Positions 17,255 through 26,479 of a DNA stretch of 60,337 bases are shown here, piece by piece. The notes beneath the pieces were generated by a model, which ran no database searches, had not been told where the DNA came from, and was given only the letters and a program-made list of their open reading frames with translations. The position numbers and the translations under genes were made by a program. The stretch's first letter is position 1. Every line of letters starts with the position of its first letter. Where the stretch lies: contig DAOKZJ010000002.1 of assembly GCA_035325685.1 (NCBI GenBank), forward strand, positions 7,309-67,645, written 5' to 3'. Source of the DNA: Candidatus Moraniibacteriota bacterium. GTDB taxonomy: Bacteria > Patescibacteriota > Minisyncoccia > Moranbacterales > GWC2-37-73.

Positions 17255-18514
17255 ATGGGACGGGAAACATTTATTACAGCCATTGATATAGGATCTGCCA
17301 ATGTACGCACGCTGATAGCGCATTGGGGCGGAACTGACGAACAGCTGCGCGTGGTAGGCGTAGGCAGTGTTTGCGCTTCGGGCATGCGTCGCGGAGTGGT
17401 GATCGACAGCGATGAGGTGGCCAGAGCTATCCACGCCAGCGCTCAGCAGGCGCACCGAATGTCTGGTGTCCAGACACACCGCGCGATTATCAATATCGGC
17501 GGAGCGGATGTGCACATGCAAAATTCCAAAGGAGTGGTGGCCGTGGGGCGTGCCGATGGGGAAGTGGTGGAGGATGACGTCAGTCGCGTAATAGGCGAGG
17601 CGCAGCTTGTGCCGCTGCCCATGAACCGGGAGGTTGTGCACGTCATTCCCAGGTCTTTTCGCCTGGATGACCAAGGCGGCGTAAAGGATCCGGTCGGGAT
17701 GCGGGGAGTACGACTTGAAGTGGACGCCCTTGTTATCGAGAGCGGTGCAGCGCAAGTAAAAAATCTCACCAAATGTGTTTATCAGGCCGGATTCGAAATA
17801 GATGATATCGTTTTGGAGCCATTGGCTGCAGCTACGGCCATTTTGAGCAAAAGACAGAAGGAATTGGGCGTGGCGGTTCTTAACATCGGCTCCGGGACAA
17901 CGTCCTTGGCCGTGTATGAAGAAGGGGAGCTTATTCACACCACCATTATTCCCGTAGGCGCCGGGCATGTGACTAATGATATAGCCATAGGTTTGCGCAC
18001 CTCGATCGATGTGGCGGAGCGTGTCAAGCTGGAATACGGCAGCGCTCTTTGTCGGGAAGTTTCCGTAAAAGAGGAAGTCGATCTGTCCAGTATAGATTCG
18101 CACGAAGATGCCGTCGTTTCCCGGCACCATGTAGCGGAAATAATCGAAGCGCGCACGGAAGAACTTTTTGATATGGTGCAAAACGAGCTCAAAAATATCG
18201 GCAAGGCCGGTCTTTTGCCGGCCGGAGTAGTCCTTTGCGGCGGCGGAGCCAAGCTTATGCATATTGTGGATTTGGCTAAGGAAAAGTTGGGTCTTCCGGT
18301 GCAGATAGGTTTTCCAGCCGGGTTGGGGGGGATATTGGACAAGGTGGATGATCCTTCTTTTGCGACTGTTGCCGGGCTGCTTCTTTGGACACAGGAAAGC
18401 CGTTCACTTGCCGTGCCCGCAGACAATTCCTCCAAAATGTTTTCCAAATTGGTTCGTTCCAGCGGGGGCTCTATTGAGGCGGTAAGGGGATGGATGCGCA
18501 AATTCTTGCCGTAA
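17255..18514 (+). CDS. ftsA: Cell division protein FtsA
   Basis: Actin-fold motifs (AIDIGS, LNIGSGTT) and the position upstream of ftsZ. Confidence 0.94.
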   Translation: MGRETFITAIDIGSANVRTLIAHWGGTDEQLRVVGVGSVCASGMRRGVVIDSDEVARAIHASAQQAHRMSGVQTHRAIINIGGADVHMQNSKGVVAVGRADGEVVEDDVSRVIGEAQLVPLPMNREVVHVIPRSFRLDDQGGVKDPVGMRGVRLEVDALVIESGAAQVKNLTKCVYQAGFEIDDIVLEPLAAATAILSKRQKELGVAVLNIGSGTTSLAVYEEGELIHTTIIPVGAGHVTNDIAIGLRTSIDVAERVKLEYGSALCREVSVKEEVDLSSIDSHEDAVVSRHHVAEIIEARTEELFDMVQNELKNIGKAGLLPAGVVLCGGGAKLMHIVDLAKEKLGLPVQIGFPAGLGGILDKVDDPSFATVAGLLLWTQESRSLAVPADNSSKMFSKLVRSSGGSIEAVRGWMRKFLP

Positions 18515-18688
18515 CATGGAGAAAGCCTTATTTTTAGGGCGTTTCTTGACATGGCTCGAAGGGGCGTGATAGAGTGAAATACTAAAACAAAACCGGTTCC
18601 CTGAAAGTTGGAGCATTCAAATTTATCTCATTCAAAAGCGTCTGTCGGGCGCGCCAAAGCGCGCTGGGGCAGCGCGCTTAAAGCAGTT

Positions 18689-19909
18689 ATGGCTGAAATA
18701 AAACCGGATATCGAGACATTTGCACGCATCAAAGTTGTCGGAGTGGGAGGCAGCGGTGGCAACGCCCTTAGTCGGATGATCGATGCCAAGATCAAAGGTG
18801 TTGAATTTGTGGCAATTAACACCGATGCCCAAGCTTTGCATCACAGCAAGGCACAGGAAAAGGTGCATATCGGCAAAAATCTGACCAAAGGTTTGGGTGC
18901 CGGCATGAATCCGGAAATAGGACGCCAGGCGGCAGAAGAAAACCGCGATGAGATCCAGGAGGTGCTCAAAGGTGCGGACATGGTTTTTGTGACTTGCGGT
19001 CTGGGCGGAGGTACCGGTACCGGTGCCGCTCCGGTGGTAGCTGAAACAGCCAAGGAGCTTGGAGCCCTTACCGTCGCGGTCGTAACCAAGCCTTTTGCGT
19101 TCGAAGGGGCTCAGCGCCGTTCTTTGGCGGATGAGGGACTTCAAAATCTTAAAGAGCGCGTGGATACGCTTATCACCATTCCGAACGACAAGCTGCTTTC
19201 GATCATCGATCGCAAGACGACGCTGATCAACGCTTTCCGTATCGTGGATGATATTCTCAGACAAGGCGTACAGGGAATCTCCGATCTTATCACCAAGCCC
19301 GGAATAGTTAACGTGGACTTTGCGGACGTGCGCACAATTATGAGTGATAGCGGCAGCGCTTTGATGGGTATCGGTGTGGCCAGTGGAGAGACCCGCGCTT
19401 CGGAAGCGGCCAAAGCGGCCATCAATAGCCCGTTGCTCGAACTTTCCGTGGACGGAGCCAAAGGCGTGCTTTTCAATATCTCCGGCTCCAACGACTTGAC
19501 GATGCTTGAAATAAACGAGGCTGCCAATATCATCACCGAAAGCATCGATCCGAATGCCAAGGTCATTTTCGGAGCCGTGGTGGACGACCAAATCAAAAAA
19601 GGCGAAATCCATATCACGGTGGTAGCTACCGGCTTTGACAGCGACAGGCGCATGGAAAATCCCTTGGTCAATCGGGTACCGCTGCGCGCACAGTCTGCGC
19701 CGGAAACGGCTTTGCCGGTCCAGGAGGAAGAAGCAGAGGCGGAACAACCCAAGGAGAGGGTGACTTTCCCGACCAAGAAGCTTTTTGAGCCCAAGATGAT
19801 TATCGAGGAAAAAATTCAGCCCAAGCCGACTCCGACCGCTCCGCAGCCTGCAGCAGAAGATGACGAGCTGGAAATACCGGCGTTTATTAGGCGCAAAATG
19901 GAAAAGTAG
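18689..19909 (+). CDS. ftsZ: Cell division GTPase FtsZ
   Basis: GVGGSGGNA and [10 protein letters not shown] signature, plus the C-terminal peptide [13 protein letters not shown]. The ATG at 18689 is preferred over TTG 18608. Confidence 0.96.
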   Translation: MAEIKPDIETFARIKVVGVGGSGGNALSRMIDAKIKGVEFVAINTDAQALHHSKAQEKVHIGKNLTKGLGAGMNPEIGRQAAEENRDEIQEVLKGADMVFVTCGLGGGTGTGAAPVVAETAKELGALTVAVVTKPFAFEGAQRRSLADEGLQNLKERVDTLITIPNDKLLSIIDRKTTLINAFRIVDDILRQGVQGISDLITKPGIVNVDFADVRTIMSDSGSALMGIGVASGETRASEAAKAAINSPLLELSVDGAKGVLFNISGSNDLTMLEINEAANIITESIDPNAKVIFGAVVDDQIKKGEIHITVVATGFDSDRRMENPLVNRVPLRAQSAPETALPVQEEEAEAEQPKERVTFPTKKLFEPKMIIEEKIQPKPTPTAPQPAAEDDELEIPAFIRRKMEK

Positions 19910-19933
19910 AAAGAAATTGTATCTTGCCGTAAG

Positions 19934-19958
19934 ACAGGGGAGGAAATCCCCTGTTTTT
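19934..19958 (+). terminator. Intrinsic terminator after ftsZ
   Basis: ACAGGGGA-ggaaa-TCCCCTGT then T5. Confidence 0.8.
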
Positions 19959-20100
19959 ATGTCGGGATTTTTTTGAAAACGCGCCCACTTTGGAGGCGGA
20001 TTTTTCGGGTAATATTGGACCCCTTTTTTTTCTTCTTTTGTTGGATCCCCTGCTTCGTTGCGTTGTGGATAACTTTGCACTTTGGCTTATTTGCGGCAAG

Positions 20101-20130
20101 TTGGCACAGTACTAGCTCTTGTGGTACAAT
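20101..20130 (+). promoter_or_regulatory. Candidate nrdR-nrdD promoter, TTGGCA-18-TACAAT with a TG extension
   Basis: TTGTGGTACAATG at 20118-20130. The same 13-mer recurs at 56601-56613. Confidence 0.4.
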
Positions 20131-20141
20131 GAGCCTGTAAT

Positions 20142-20157
20142 ACACAAGATGTTGTGG
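20142..20157 (+). promoter_or_regulatory. NrdR-box-like palindrome ACACAAGATGTTGTGG
   Basis: Resembles the 16-bp NrdR-box consensus (acaCwAtATaTwGtgt) and sits just downstream of the putative -10. Confidence 0.4.
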
Positions 20158-20303
20158 TTTTCGTCTAAAGTGCTCCAGATTTGGATGGCAAAAAACCGCT
20201 CTTGTCAAGTGCTTTTAAAAAACAAAGGAAAGATAAAAACCCCAGGGTTTGTAAAGTTCTTAACGCTTGGCGTTATAAACGGTATAAGCACTAACAAAGG
20301 TTT

Positions 20304-20753
20304 ATGATGTGTCCATTTTGCGCTCATGGTGATACCAAGGTGGTCGACTCGCGCTCAGTCAGTGATGGCAGGGCCATCCGCCGGAGGCGCGAGTGTGAAA
20401 AATGCCAAGCGCGTTTTTCCACGTACGAAGAGATGGAAATTATGCGGCTGACGGTTATCAAGCGCGGCGGTGCCCGCCAAGAATATGATCGGTCCAAATT
20501 GGAATCCGGTATCCGCAAAGCCTTGGAAAAGCGCCCGGTAGGCGAGGATCGAATACTTAGGATCGTGGGAGATGTGGAATACGAGATTCATGCGCGCGAA
20601 ACGCAAGAGATTTCCAGCAAAGAGATAGGGCGCATAGTGCTGGCTAAGCTCAAGGAAACAGACGAAGTGGCCTATTTGCGTTTTGCCAGCGTCTACAAGT
20701 CATTCAAGAGCGCCGAGAGCTTTCTGCGCGAAATGGAAAAGCTCAGCACTTGA
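20304..20753 (+). CDS. nrdR: Transcriptional repressor NrdR (Zn ribbon + ATP cone)
   Basis: MMCPFCAHGDTKVVDSR...CEKC. Confidence 0.94.
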   Translation: MMCPFCAHGDTKVVDSRSVSDGRAIRRRRECEKCQARFSTYEEMEIMRLTVIKRGGARQEYDRSKLESGIRKALEKRPVGEDRILRIVGDVEYEIHARETQEISSKEIGRIVLAKLKETDEVAYLRFASVYKSFKSAESFLREMEKLST

Positions 20754-20815
20754 AAATAAATTAAAGCAAAAAATAAATCAGCATTAATTAATTTCCGGGG
20801 GGAATACAAAACCGT

Positions 20816-23110
20816 ATGGCAGCGAAAACAAAAGCCGCTTCGCGAGCAAAGGCAAAAGCCAAAAAAACCAAAGTTTCCAGCAAGGTGTCGCAAAAGGCCT
20901 TGGCAAAGAAGGCTAAGGCGCCGAAAGCTGCCTTGAAAAAGCAGTCGTCCAAGAAGAAGGGGGCCGTTTCCAGGGCGCTTTCAACGGCAGGAATGAAAGT
21001 CATCAAGCGCAGCGGGCGCATGGTGCCTTTCGATCAAAAAAAGATAACTGTAGCGGTAGGTAAAGCCCTTGCGGTGACAGGCGAAGGATCCGCGGCGGAT
21101 GCCAAGAAAGTGAGTGACAAGGTTGTCCAGTTGCTCCAAAAAGGTGCCAAAAAAGGGTATGTGCCGCAGATCGAAGAGATTCAGGATCTCGTGGAGCGCG
21201 TGCTTATGATTTTGGATTTTGACGAAACGGCCAAGGCGTACATTTTGTACCGCGAGCAGCATCGCAAAATCCGCGAAACGGAGCAGTCCTTGGATGAAGC
21301 AGTTTCCTTGGTGGATAAATATATCGAGGAGATAGACTGGAAAGTGAAGGAAAACGCCAACATGGCCTATTCGCTGCAAGGATTGAACAATTACATTTCT
21401 TCCATCGTCAGCAGCAAATACTGGATGAACCGCGTGTATACCAAGGAAATTCGCGCGGCGCACGAAGGAGGAGATTTCCACATCCATGATCTTCAGCTGA
21501 TCGCGGCTTATTGTTGCGGCTGGGATTTGCAAGATCTTTTGCGCAGGGGATTTACGGGCGTGCCGGGCAAAGTGGCTTGCAAGCCCGCCAAGCATTTCGG
21601 CGCTGCCTTGGGACAGATGGTCAACTTCATCTATACGCTGCAAGGGGAAGTAGCGGGAGCCCAGGCTTTTGCCAACTTCGACACCTTGCTCGCTCCGTTT
21701 GTGCGCGTCGACAAACTTACATATCAGCAGGTCAAACAGGAAATCCAGTCATTCGTGTTTAATATGAATGTCTCCACCCGTGTGGGGTTCCAGACGCCTT
21801 TTTCCAACATCACCATGGATGTGATCCCCCCCAAGACATTGGCCAAGGAGGCGGTGCTTATCGGCGGGGTGCCGCAAAAAGAAACATACGGCGAGTTCCA
21901 AGAAGAGATGAACATGATCAATAAGGCTTTTGCCGAAGTGATGAGCGAAGGGGATGCCAATGGACGTATCTTTACTTTCCCTATCCCGACTTACAATATC
22001 GGCAAAAACTTCAACTGGGATGATGAGCGGTTTAATCCTATCTGGGAAATGACTGCCAAATACGGCATTCCTTATTTTGCCAACTTCATCAATTCGGACA
22101 TGGATCCCGATGATGCCAGATCCATGTGCTGCCGTCTGCGCCTGGATAACCGCGAGCTGCACAAGCGCGGCGGAGGCTTGTTCGGCGCCAACCCGCTTAC
22201 CGGTTCGGTGGGGGTGGTTACCATCAACTTGCCCAGGCTCGGGTATTTGGCCAAAGGCAAGCGGGATTTTTACAAAAAACTTGATTATCTGATGGATCTG
22301 GCCAAGGACAGCTTGGAAACCAAGCGCAAATTGGTCGAGGGTCTTACGGAAAAAGGTCTTTATCCCTATACTCGTTTCTACCTGGATGCCATCAAGATGC
22401 GCCGCGGCCAATATTGGGCTAACCACTTTTCCACGATCGGCTTGGTGGGGATGAATGAGGCATTGGTGAATTTGACCGGCAAGGATATCACCACCGTCGA
22501 AGGGCAGCAATTGGCGGAAGAGATCTTGGTGCATATGCGCGAGCGCATCACCGGATACCAGGAAAAGACCGGAAATTTGTACAATTTGGAAGCGACTCCG
22601 GCCGAAGGCACCGCTTATCGCCTGGCGCGCATCGACAAGCAGAAGTATCCGGAAATTATTTTCGCCAATGAAAAAGCGGTGCGTCAAGAAAGCGCCGAGC
22701 CGTATTATACCAACTCTTCGCAATTGCCGGTTTCCTTTACGGAAGATATCTTCGAAGCACTGGACTTGCAGGACAAATTGCAAACCAAATATACGGGAGG
22801 AACCGTGCTTCACGGATTCTTGGGGGAAAGACTTTGGGACATCACGGCAGTGAGAAAGTTGGTGCGTAAGATTGCCGAAAGTTACGCGCTGCCTTATTTT
22901 ACGCTGACTCCCACCTTCTCCATTTGCCCGATTCATGGATATATAGCGGGAGAGCATCACACCTGTCCCAAATGCGTGGTGGAGCAAGAAACGGAAGTTT
23001 ACTCGCGCGTGGTGGGCTATATCCGTCCGGTGGAGCAATGGAACAAGGGCAAGCGCACGGAATTTGATGACCGCAAGGAGTTTGTGGTGGAAAAGGGAAA
23101 CAAGAAATAA
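20816..23110 (+). CDS. nrdD: Anaerobic ribonucleoside-triphosphate reductase (class III) with a Lys/Ala-rich N-terminal tail, ATP cone, Zn site and glycyl-radical loop
   Basis: ATP cone MKVIKRSGRMVPFD, and the C-terminus CPIHG..CPKC..SRVVGYIRP. Confidence 0.96.
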   Translation: MAAKTKAASRAKAKAKKTKVSSKVSQKALAKKAKAPKAALKKQSSKKKGAVSRALSTAGMKVIKRSGRMVPFDQKKITVAVGKALAVTGEGSAADAKKVSDKVVQLLQKGAKKGYVPQIEEIQDLVERVLMILDFDETAKAYILYREQHRKIRETEQSLDEAVSLVDKYIEEIDWKVKENANMAYSLQGLNNYISSIVSSKYWMNRVYTKEIRAAHEGGDFHIHDLQLIAAYCCGWDLQDLLRRGFTGVPGKVACKPAKHFGAALGQMVNFIYTLQGEVAGAQAFANFDTLLAPFVRVDKLTYQQVKQEIQSFVFNMNVSTRVGFQTPFSNITMDVIPPKTLAKEAVLIGGVPQKETYGEFQEEMNMINKAFAEVMSEGDANGRIFTFPIPTYNIGKNFNWDDERFNPIWEMTAKYGIPYFANFINSDMDPDDARSMCCRLRLDNRELHKRGGGLFGANPLTGSVGVVTINLPRLGYLAKGKRDFYKKLDYLMDLAKDSLETKRKLVEGLTEKGLYPYTRFYLDAIKMRRGQYWANHFSTIGLVGMNEALVNLTGKDITTVEGQQLAEEILVHMRERITGYQEKTGNLYNLEATPAEGTAYRLARIDKQKYPEIIFANEKAVRQESAEPYYTNSSQLPVSFTEDIFEALDLQDKLQTKYTGGTVLHGFLGERLWDITAVRKLVRKIAESYALPYFTLTPTFSICPIHGYIAGEHHTCPKCVVEQETEVYSRVVGYIRPVEQWNKGKRTEFDDRKEFVVEKGNKK

Positions 23111-23232
23111 ACCCAAACAAAAAGACGCCCGGATATTTTCCAGTCCATGCCTTAAGCGGCCGCGTGGCACGGACAAGGAAGATTTCTGGAGCGATTGGAT
23201 AAGGTGCGCTAAAAAATAAAACGAAAAAACAT

Positions 23233-23502
23233 ATGGCAGAGAAATATATGTGCCACGATTGCGCCAAGGTCTTGGCTCGTGATGAGCAATACATGCCTTA
23301 CAAGGTGGGAAGCGATGTATATATCAAGTGTAAAGATTGTCACAAGGCGGATCCGGTGCTCAGGAACTTCCGCACGACCGAAGTTTACTCGCGCGTGGTG
23401 GGCTATATCCGTCCAGTGGAGCAATGGAACAAAGGCAAGCGCACCGAGTTTTCGGATCGCACGGAATTTGTGGTAGAGCAGGCGGCTTGCGCAAGTTGTT
23501 AA
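23233..23502 (+). CDS. Stand-alone Zn-ribbon + glycyl-radical-loop mini-protein (duplicate of the NrdD C-terminus)
   Basis: Intact 89-aa ORF. It has CHDC...CKDC followed by TEVYSRVVGYIRPVEQWNKGKRTEF, nearly identical to the NrdD tail. Confidence 0.7.
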   Translation: MAEKYMCHDCAKVLARDEQYMPYKVGSDVYIKCKDCHKADPVLRNFRTTEVYSRVVGYIRPVEQWNKGKRTEFSDRTEFVVEQAACASC

Positions 23503-23629
23503 AACGGCTTGACTGGAAAGAAAATGGGGGCAATCTTGCGTAGGCGGGGTTGCCTCGAATTTTCTAAGATCGCTGCGCCCAAGGCGTGCGGGCCGGCAAA
23601 ATTAAAAATTTGAAATTAAAATTACGCGT

Positions 23630-24328
23630 ATGCGTTTGGGTGGATTCCAAAAACTTACACTTATAGATTATCCCGGCAAGATTGCTACGACCGTGTTCAC
23701 GGTGGGTTGTTCTTTCCGTTGCGGTTTTTGCCATAATCCGGAACTGGTGCTTTCTGAAATGTTTCCACCGCTTTCAAATATGGAGCAGGATTTTTTTTCT
23801 TTTTTGGAAAAACGCAAGGGAAAGCTGGACGGCGTATGCATCACAGGCGGGGAGCCGACCATCCAGCCGGATATTTTGCCGTTTATGCGCCGCGTCAAAG
23901 AGCTGGGTTACGCTATAAAATTGGATTCCAACGGGACGCGTCCGGATGTTCTGCGCAAGGTTTTTGCCGAGGGCTTGGCTGATTACGTGGCTATGGATAT
24001 TAAAAGCAGTTTGGAAAATTATTCCTTGGCTGCGGGGGTGAAGGTGGATACGGCACGTATTGAGCGTAGCGTGGAGCTGATTCGCTGCAGCGGTTTGCCA
24101 TACGAATTCCGCACCACCGTGGTTCCGGCCATTCATACCGAACAGGATTTTAGCAAGATCGGGGAATGGCTTAACGGATCGCGCGCTTATTATTTGCAAG
24201 AATTTCGTCCGCAGCGCACGGTGGATCCGGCTTTTGGCAAAAAGAATGCCAAGCAGTTGGATCTGGATGCTATTTGTGCTGCCCTTAAGCCTAATTTTGC
24301 CAAAGTGGAGGTGCGCCGCAGTTTTTGA
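23630..24328 (+). CDS. nrdG: Anaerobic RNR activating radical-SAM protein
   Basis: CSFRCGFCHN cluster motif and GGEPT. Confidence 0.93.
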   Translation: MRLGGFQKLTLIDYPGKIATTVFTVGCSFRCGFCHNPELVLSEMFPPLSNMEQDFFSFLEKRKGKLDGVCITGGEPTIQPDILPFMRRVKELGYAIKLDSNGTRPDVLRKVFAEGLADYVAMDIKSSLENYSLAAGVKVDTARIERSVELIRCSGLPYEFRTTVVPAIHTEQDFSKIGEWLNGSRAYYLQEFRPQRTVDPAFGKKNAKQLDLDAICAALKPNFAKVEVRRSF

Positions 24329-24380
24329 GGCTGAAACAAGACGGTTGCTGCGTGCGTAAAAGTAAGAGAATCTTTTTTGT

Positions 24381-24698
24381 ATGCGTGATATGCGCGGAAT
24401 GGATGTTAAAATAGCGGTAGTTCTTTTTTTGAGCATAGTTTTTTTGGGAGCGTCTTGTTTGGCTTTTTCCCGCTCTTTGGTTGCCGTCAAAGAGGGCGAT
24501 ATAGTTACGTTGGTAGCTCAAAATGGGCGCTTAACCTTGGTTTTTCGGGAAAGGGAAGGAAGATGGCTCAAAGGAATTGCGCATGCGGCCTGGGGAAAAG
24601 TACTGGACTTTGCAACGGCCCATAATCCCGCCGGGGACACCATTCCGGATTGGTTGGATGATAAAGCGCGCGCCTGGGTGAAGGCGGCGGTTAATTAA
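24381..24698 (+). CDS. Hypothetical membrane-anchored protein
   Basis: The ORF has one N-terminal hydrophobic helix. No family was recognised. Confidence 0.5.
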   Translation: MRDMRGMDVKIAVVLFLSIVFLGASCLAFSRSLVAVKEGDIVTLVAQNGRLTLVFREREGRWLKGIAHAAWGKVLDFATAHNPAGDTIPDWLDDKARAWVKAAVN

Positions 24699-24736
24699 TT
24701 TTTTTGGTCAACGTTTAAGACATAATAAATAAAAAG

Positions 24737-25093
24737 ATGCTGATGGATTTTTTGCGCCGCCATGGCGCCAAGATAGCGGTTTTTGTGCTCAATGCGGCAG
24801 TGGTGGCGCTGGGGGTGTTGGGTCTTAAGGTTCAGCGCGCCGAAAAGGCTTTGGCTGAAGCGCGTCAAGCAGCTAAAGAACTGGAGGCGCAGCAACAAAA
24901 CTTGGCCGCTTATGCCGAAGGTGTTCAGGAGCGCCTGGCGCAAAGCCGTGGGAAAAAAATGGACGATGTCGCGCAAAACCCTTCTCAGGTACAAATCCAA
25001 AAACCCGTAACCGTAACGCGAAATATTCCGGCCAAAACAGAGCAAGTTAAAGTAGAAGTAAAATCCTCTTCCAAAAAGACGCGCTCATCCTGA
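24737..25093 (+). CDS. Hypothetical membrane-anchored coiled-coil protein
   Basis: N-terminal TM segment, then an AEKALAEARQAAKELEAQQQ helix. Confidence 0.5.
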   Translation: MLMDFLRRHGAKIAVFVLNAAVVALGVLGLKVQRAEKALAEARQAAKELEAQQQNLAAYAEGVQERLAQSRGKKMDDVAQNPSQVQIQKPVTVTRNIPAKTEQVKVEVKSSSKKTRSS

Positions 25094-25124
25094 CGGGGCG
25101 ATAATTTTGGGGTGCAATTTTTTT

Positions 25125-25541
25125 ATGCGTAAATTGACGGTGGCCATTTTTGTTTCCTTGGCTCTTTTTTCTTTGGCTTATTTTGCCGGCCAGTTTTTTT
25201 CTGGCGGTGCGCAACATTTTTCTTCTTGGGGCTTCCCCGCTTCAGCGGACGATGATGAGGAGGATGAAGATGATGAAGATGATGATGAGGAAGAGGATGA
25301 AGAAGAGAAGGAGGAAAAGAAGGAATATCGCACGGAAACGGTGGTAGTGGAGCCTGCGCGCACAATCACAAAGACGGAGCTGCGCACGGTTACGCTTGCC
25401 GATTCGGACCGTGACGGTATTGTTGACGAGGATGATCCTTATCCGCAAATTTCCCAAATATACATAGTCCAAGACGGCGATGGGGATGGTATTTCGGACG
25501 AGCTGGAAAACATAGCTGCCGAAGTTCCTTTGGAAAAATAA
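25125..25541 (+). CDS. Secreted/anchored protein with a poly-Asp/Glu tract and two DxDxDG Ca-binding-type repeats
   Basis: Signal-like N-terminus MRKLTVAIFVSLALF, a run of about 30 acidic residues, and the motifs DSDRDGIVDEDD and DGDGDGISDE. Confidence 0.55.
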   Translation: MRKLTVAIFVSLALFSLAYFAGQFFSGGAQHFSSWGFPASADDDEEDEDDEDDDEEEDEEEKEEKKEYRTETVVVEPARTITKTELRTVTLADSDRDGIVDEDDPYPQISQIYIVQDGDGDGISDELENIAAEVPLEK

Positions 25542-25546
25542 TCCTT

Positions 25547-26479
25547 ATGCCGGGAGAAGAAAAAAAGAATGCGGTTTCGCTGGAGTTCGATGCTTTGGGT
25601 ACGCGAAACGAGGTCCGCCTTCTTTTTTCGGAGGGGACCAAAGAAGAAGCCCAGGAAGCTGCGCAAAAAATACGCGAAAAGTTCTATTCTTTCCAGGAGC
25701 GTTTTTCGCGGTTTATTCCGGAAAGCGAGCTCGGTTTTCTTAATGGCCGGATAGGACATTGGGAAAAAGCCAGTCCGGATTTTTTGTCGCTGGCAAAAAG
25801 AGCTCTTTGGGCTTATGATGAAACAAAGGGCCTTTTTGATCCGCGCGTCCTGGTTTTTTTGGAAGAAAGCGGATACGGGGAGGATTTTTTCGAAGGGAAT
25901 TTTGCTCGCCTTGGAAAACGGGACGGCGCCAATCCTTTCATCAGGCCGCTGGGCGAAGATCTGCAGATGGCTGGCGAAAAAATAAGATTGGGTGAGCGGA
26001 TGGATTTTGGGGGCATAGCCAAAGGATTCCTTACGGATCTCGTGGCGACTGAACTTTTTTCGCAAGGATGGAAAGATTTTTTGGTAGATTCCGGGGGGGA
26101 TATGTATCTTGCCGGAACAGGGGAGGATGGGAAGCCGTGGCGGATAGGTTTGGAAGGGCTCGAGGAGCAAGATTTACAGTTGCACCTTTCAATGATGGCT
26201 GTGGCCACGTCGGGCATATCCAGGCGCAAGTGGTTTTGGGAAGGAGAAAGGAAACACCATTTAATTGATCCGCGTTCTCCCGGTAGGTTCTCCTTTGATT
26301 TACGCAGCGTTTCGGTTATTGATTCAGGGGTGACGGAAGCTGAAGTTTGGGCTAAGGCGCTGTTTATCTTGGGAGCGGAGAAGGGTCTGAGCTTGGCCAG
26401 AAGAAAAGGATTGCCAGCTATTTTTCTAACTTATCGCTCCGGCGTACTTTATACTCCGGCAGTAAAAAAATTTCTATGA
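25547..26479 (+). CDS. apbE: FAD:protein FMN transferase (ApbE family)
   Basis: FGGIAKGFLTD and SGGD motifs. Confidence 0.85.
   Translation: MPGEEKKNAVSLEFDALGTRNEVRLLFSEGTKEEAQEAAQKIREKFYSFQERFSRFIPESELGFLNGRIGHWEKASPDFLSLAKRALWAYDETKGLFDPRVLVFLEESGYGEDFFEGNFARLGKRDGANPFIRPLGEDLQMAGEKIRLGERMDFGGIAKGFLTDLVATELFSQGWKDFLVDSGGDMYLAGTGEDGKPWRIGLEGLEEQDLQLHLSMMAVATSGISRRKWFWEGERKHHLIDPRSPGRFSFDLRSVSVIDSGVTEAEVWAKALFILGAEKGLSLARRKGLPAIFLTYRSGVLYTPAVKKFL

Noticed and set aside
20173-20188. A second NrdR box (CTCCAGATTTGGATGG), 31 nt downstream of the first.
   Set aside because: It is only an imperfect TCCA..TGGA palindrome lacking the ACAC/GTGT half-sites. The spacing is suggestive, but the sequence match is too weak to annotate.
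25245-25330. A GAT/GAA/GAG trinucleotide-rich tract flagged as a possible DNA repeat element.
   Set aside because: It is in frame within ORF 25125..25541 and simply encodes the poly-Asp/Glu segment. The several overlapping track ORFs on both strands here are artefacts of this low complexity.
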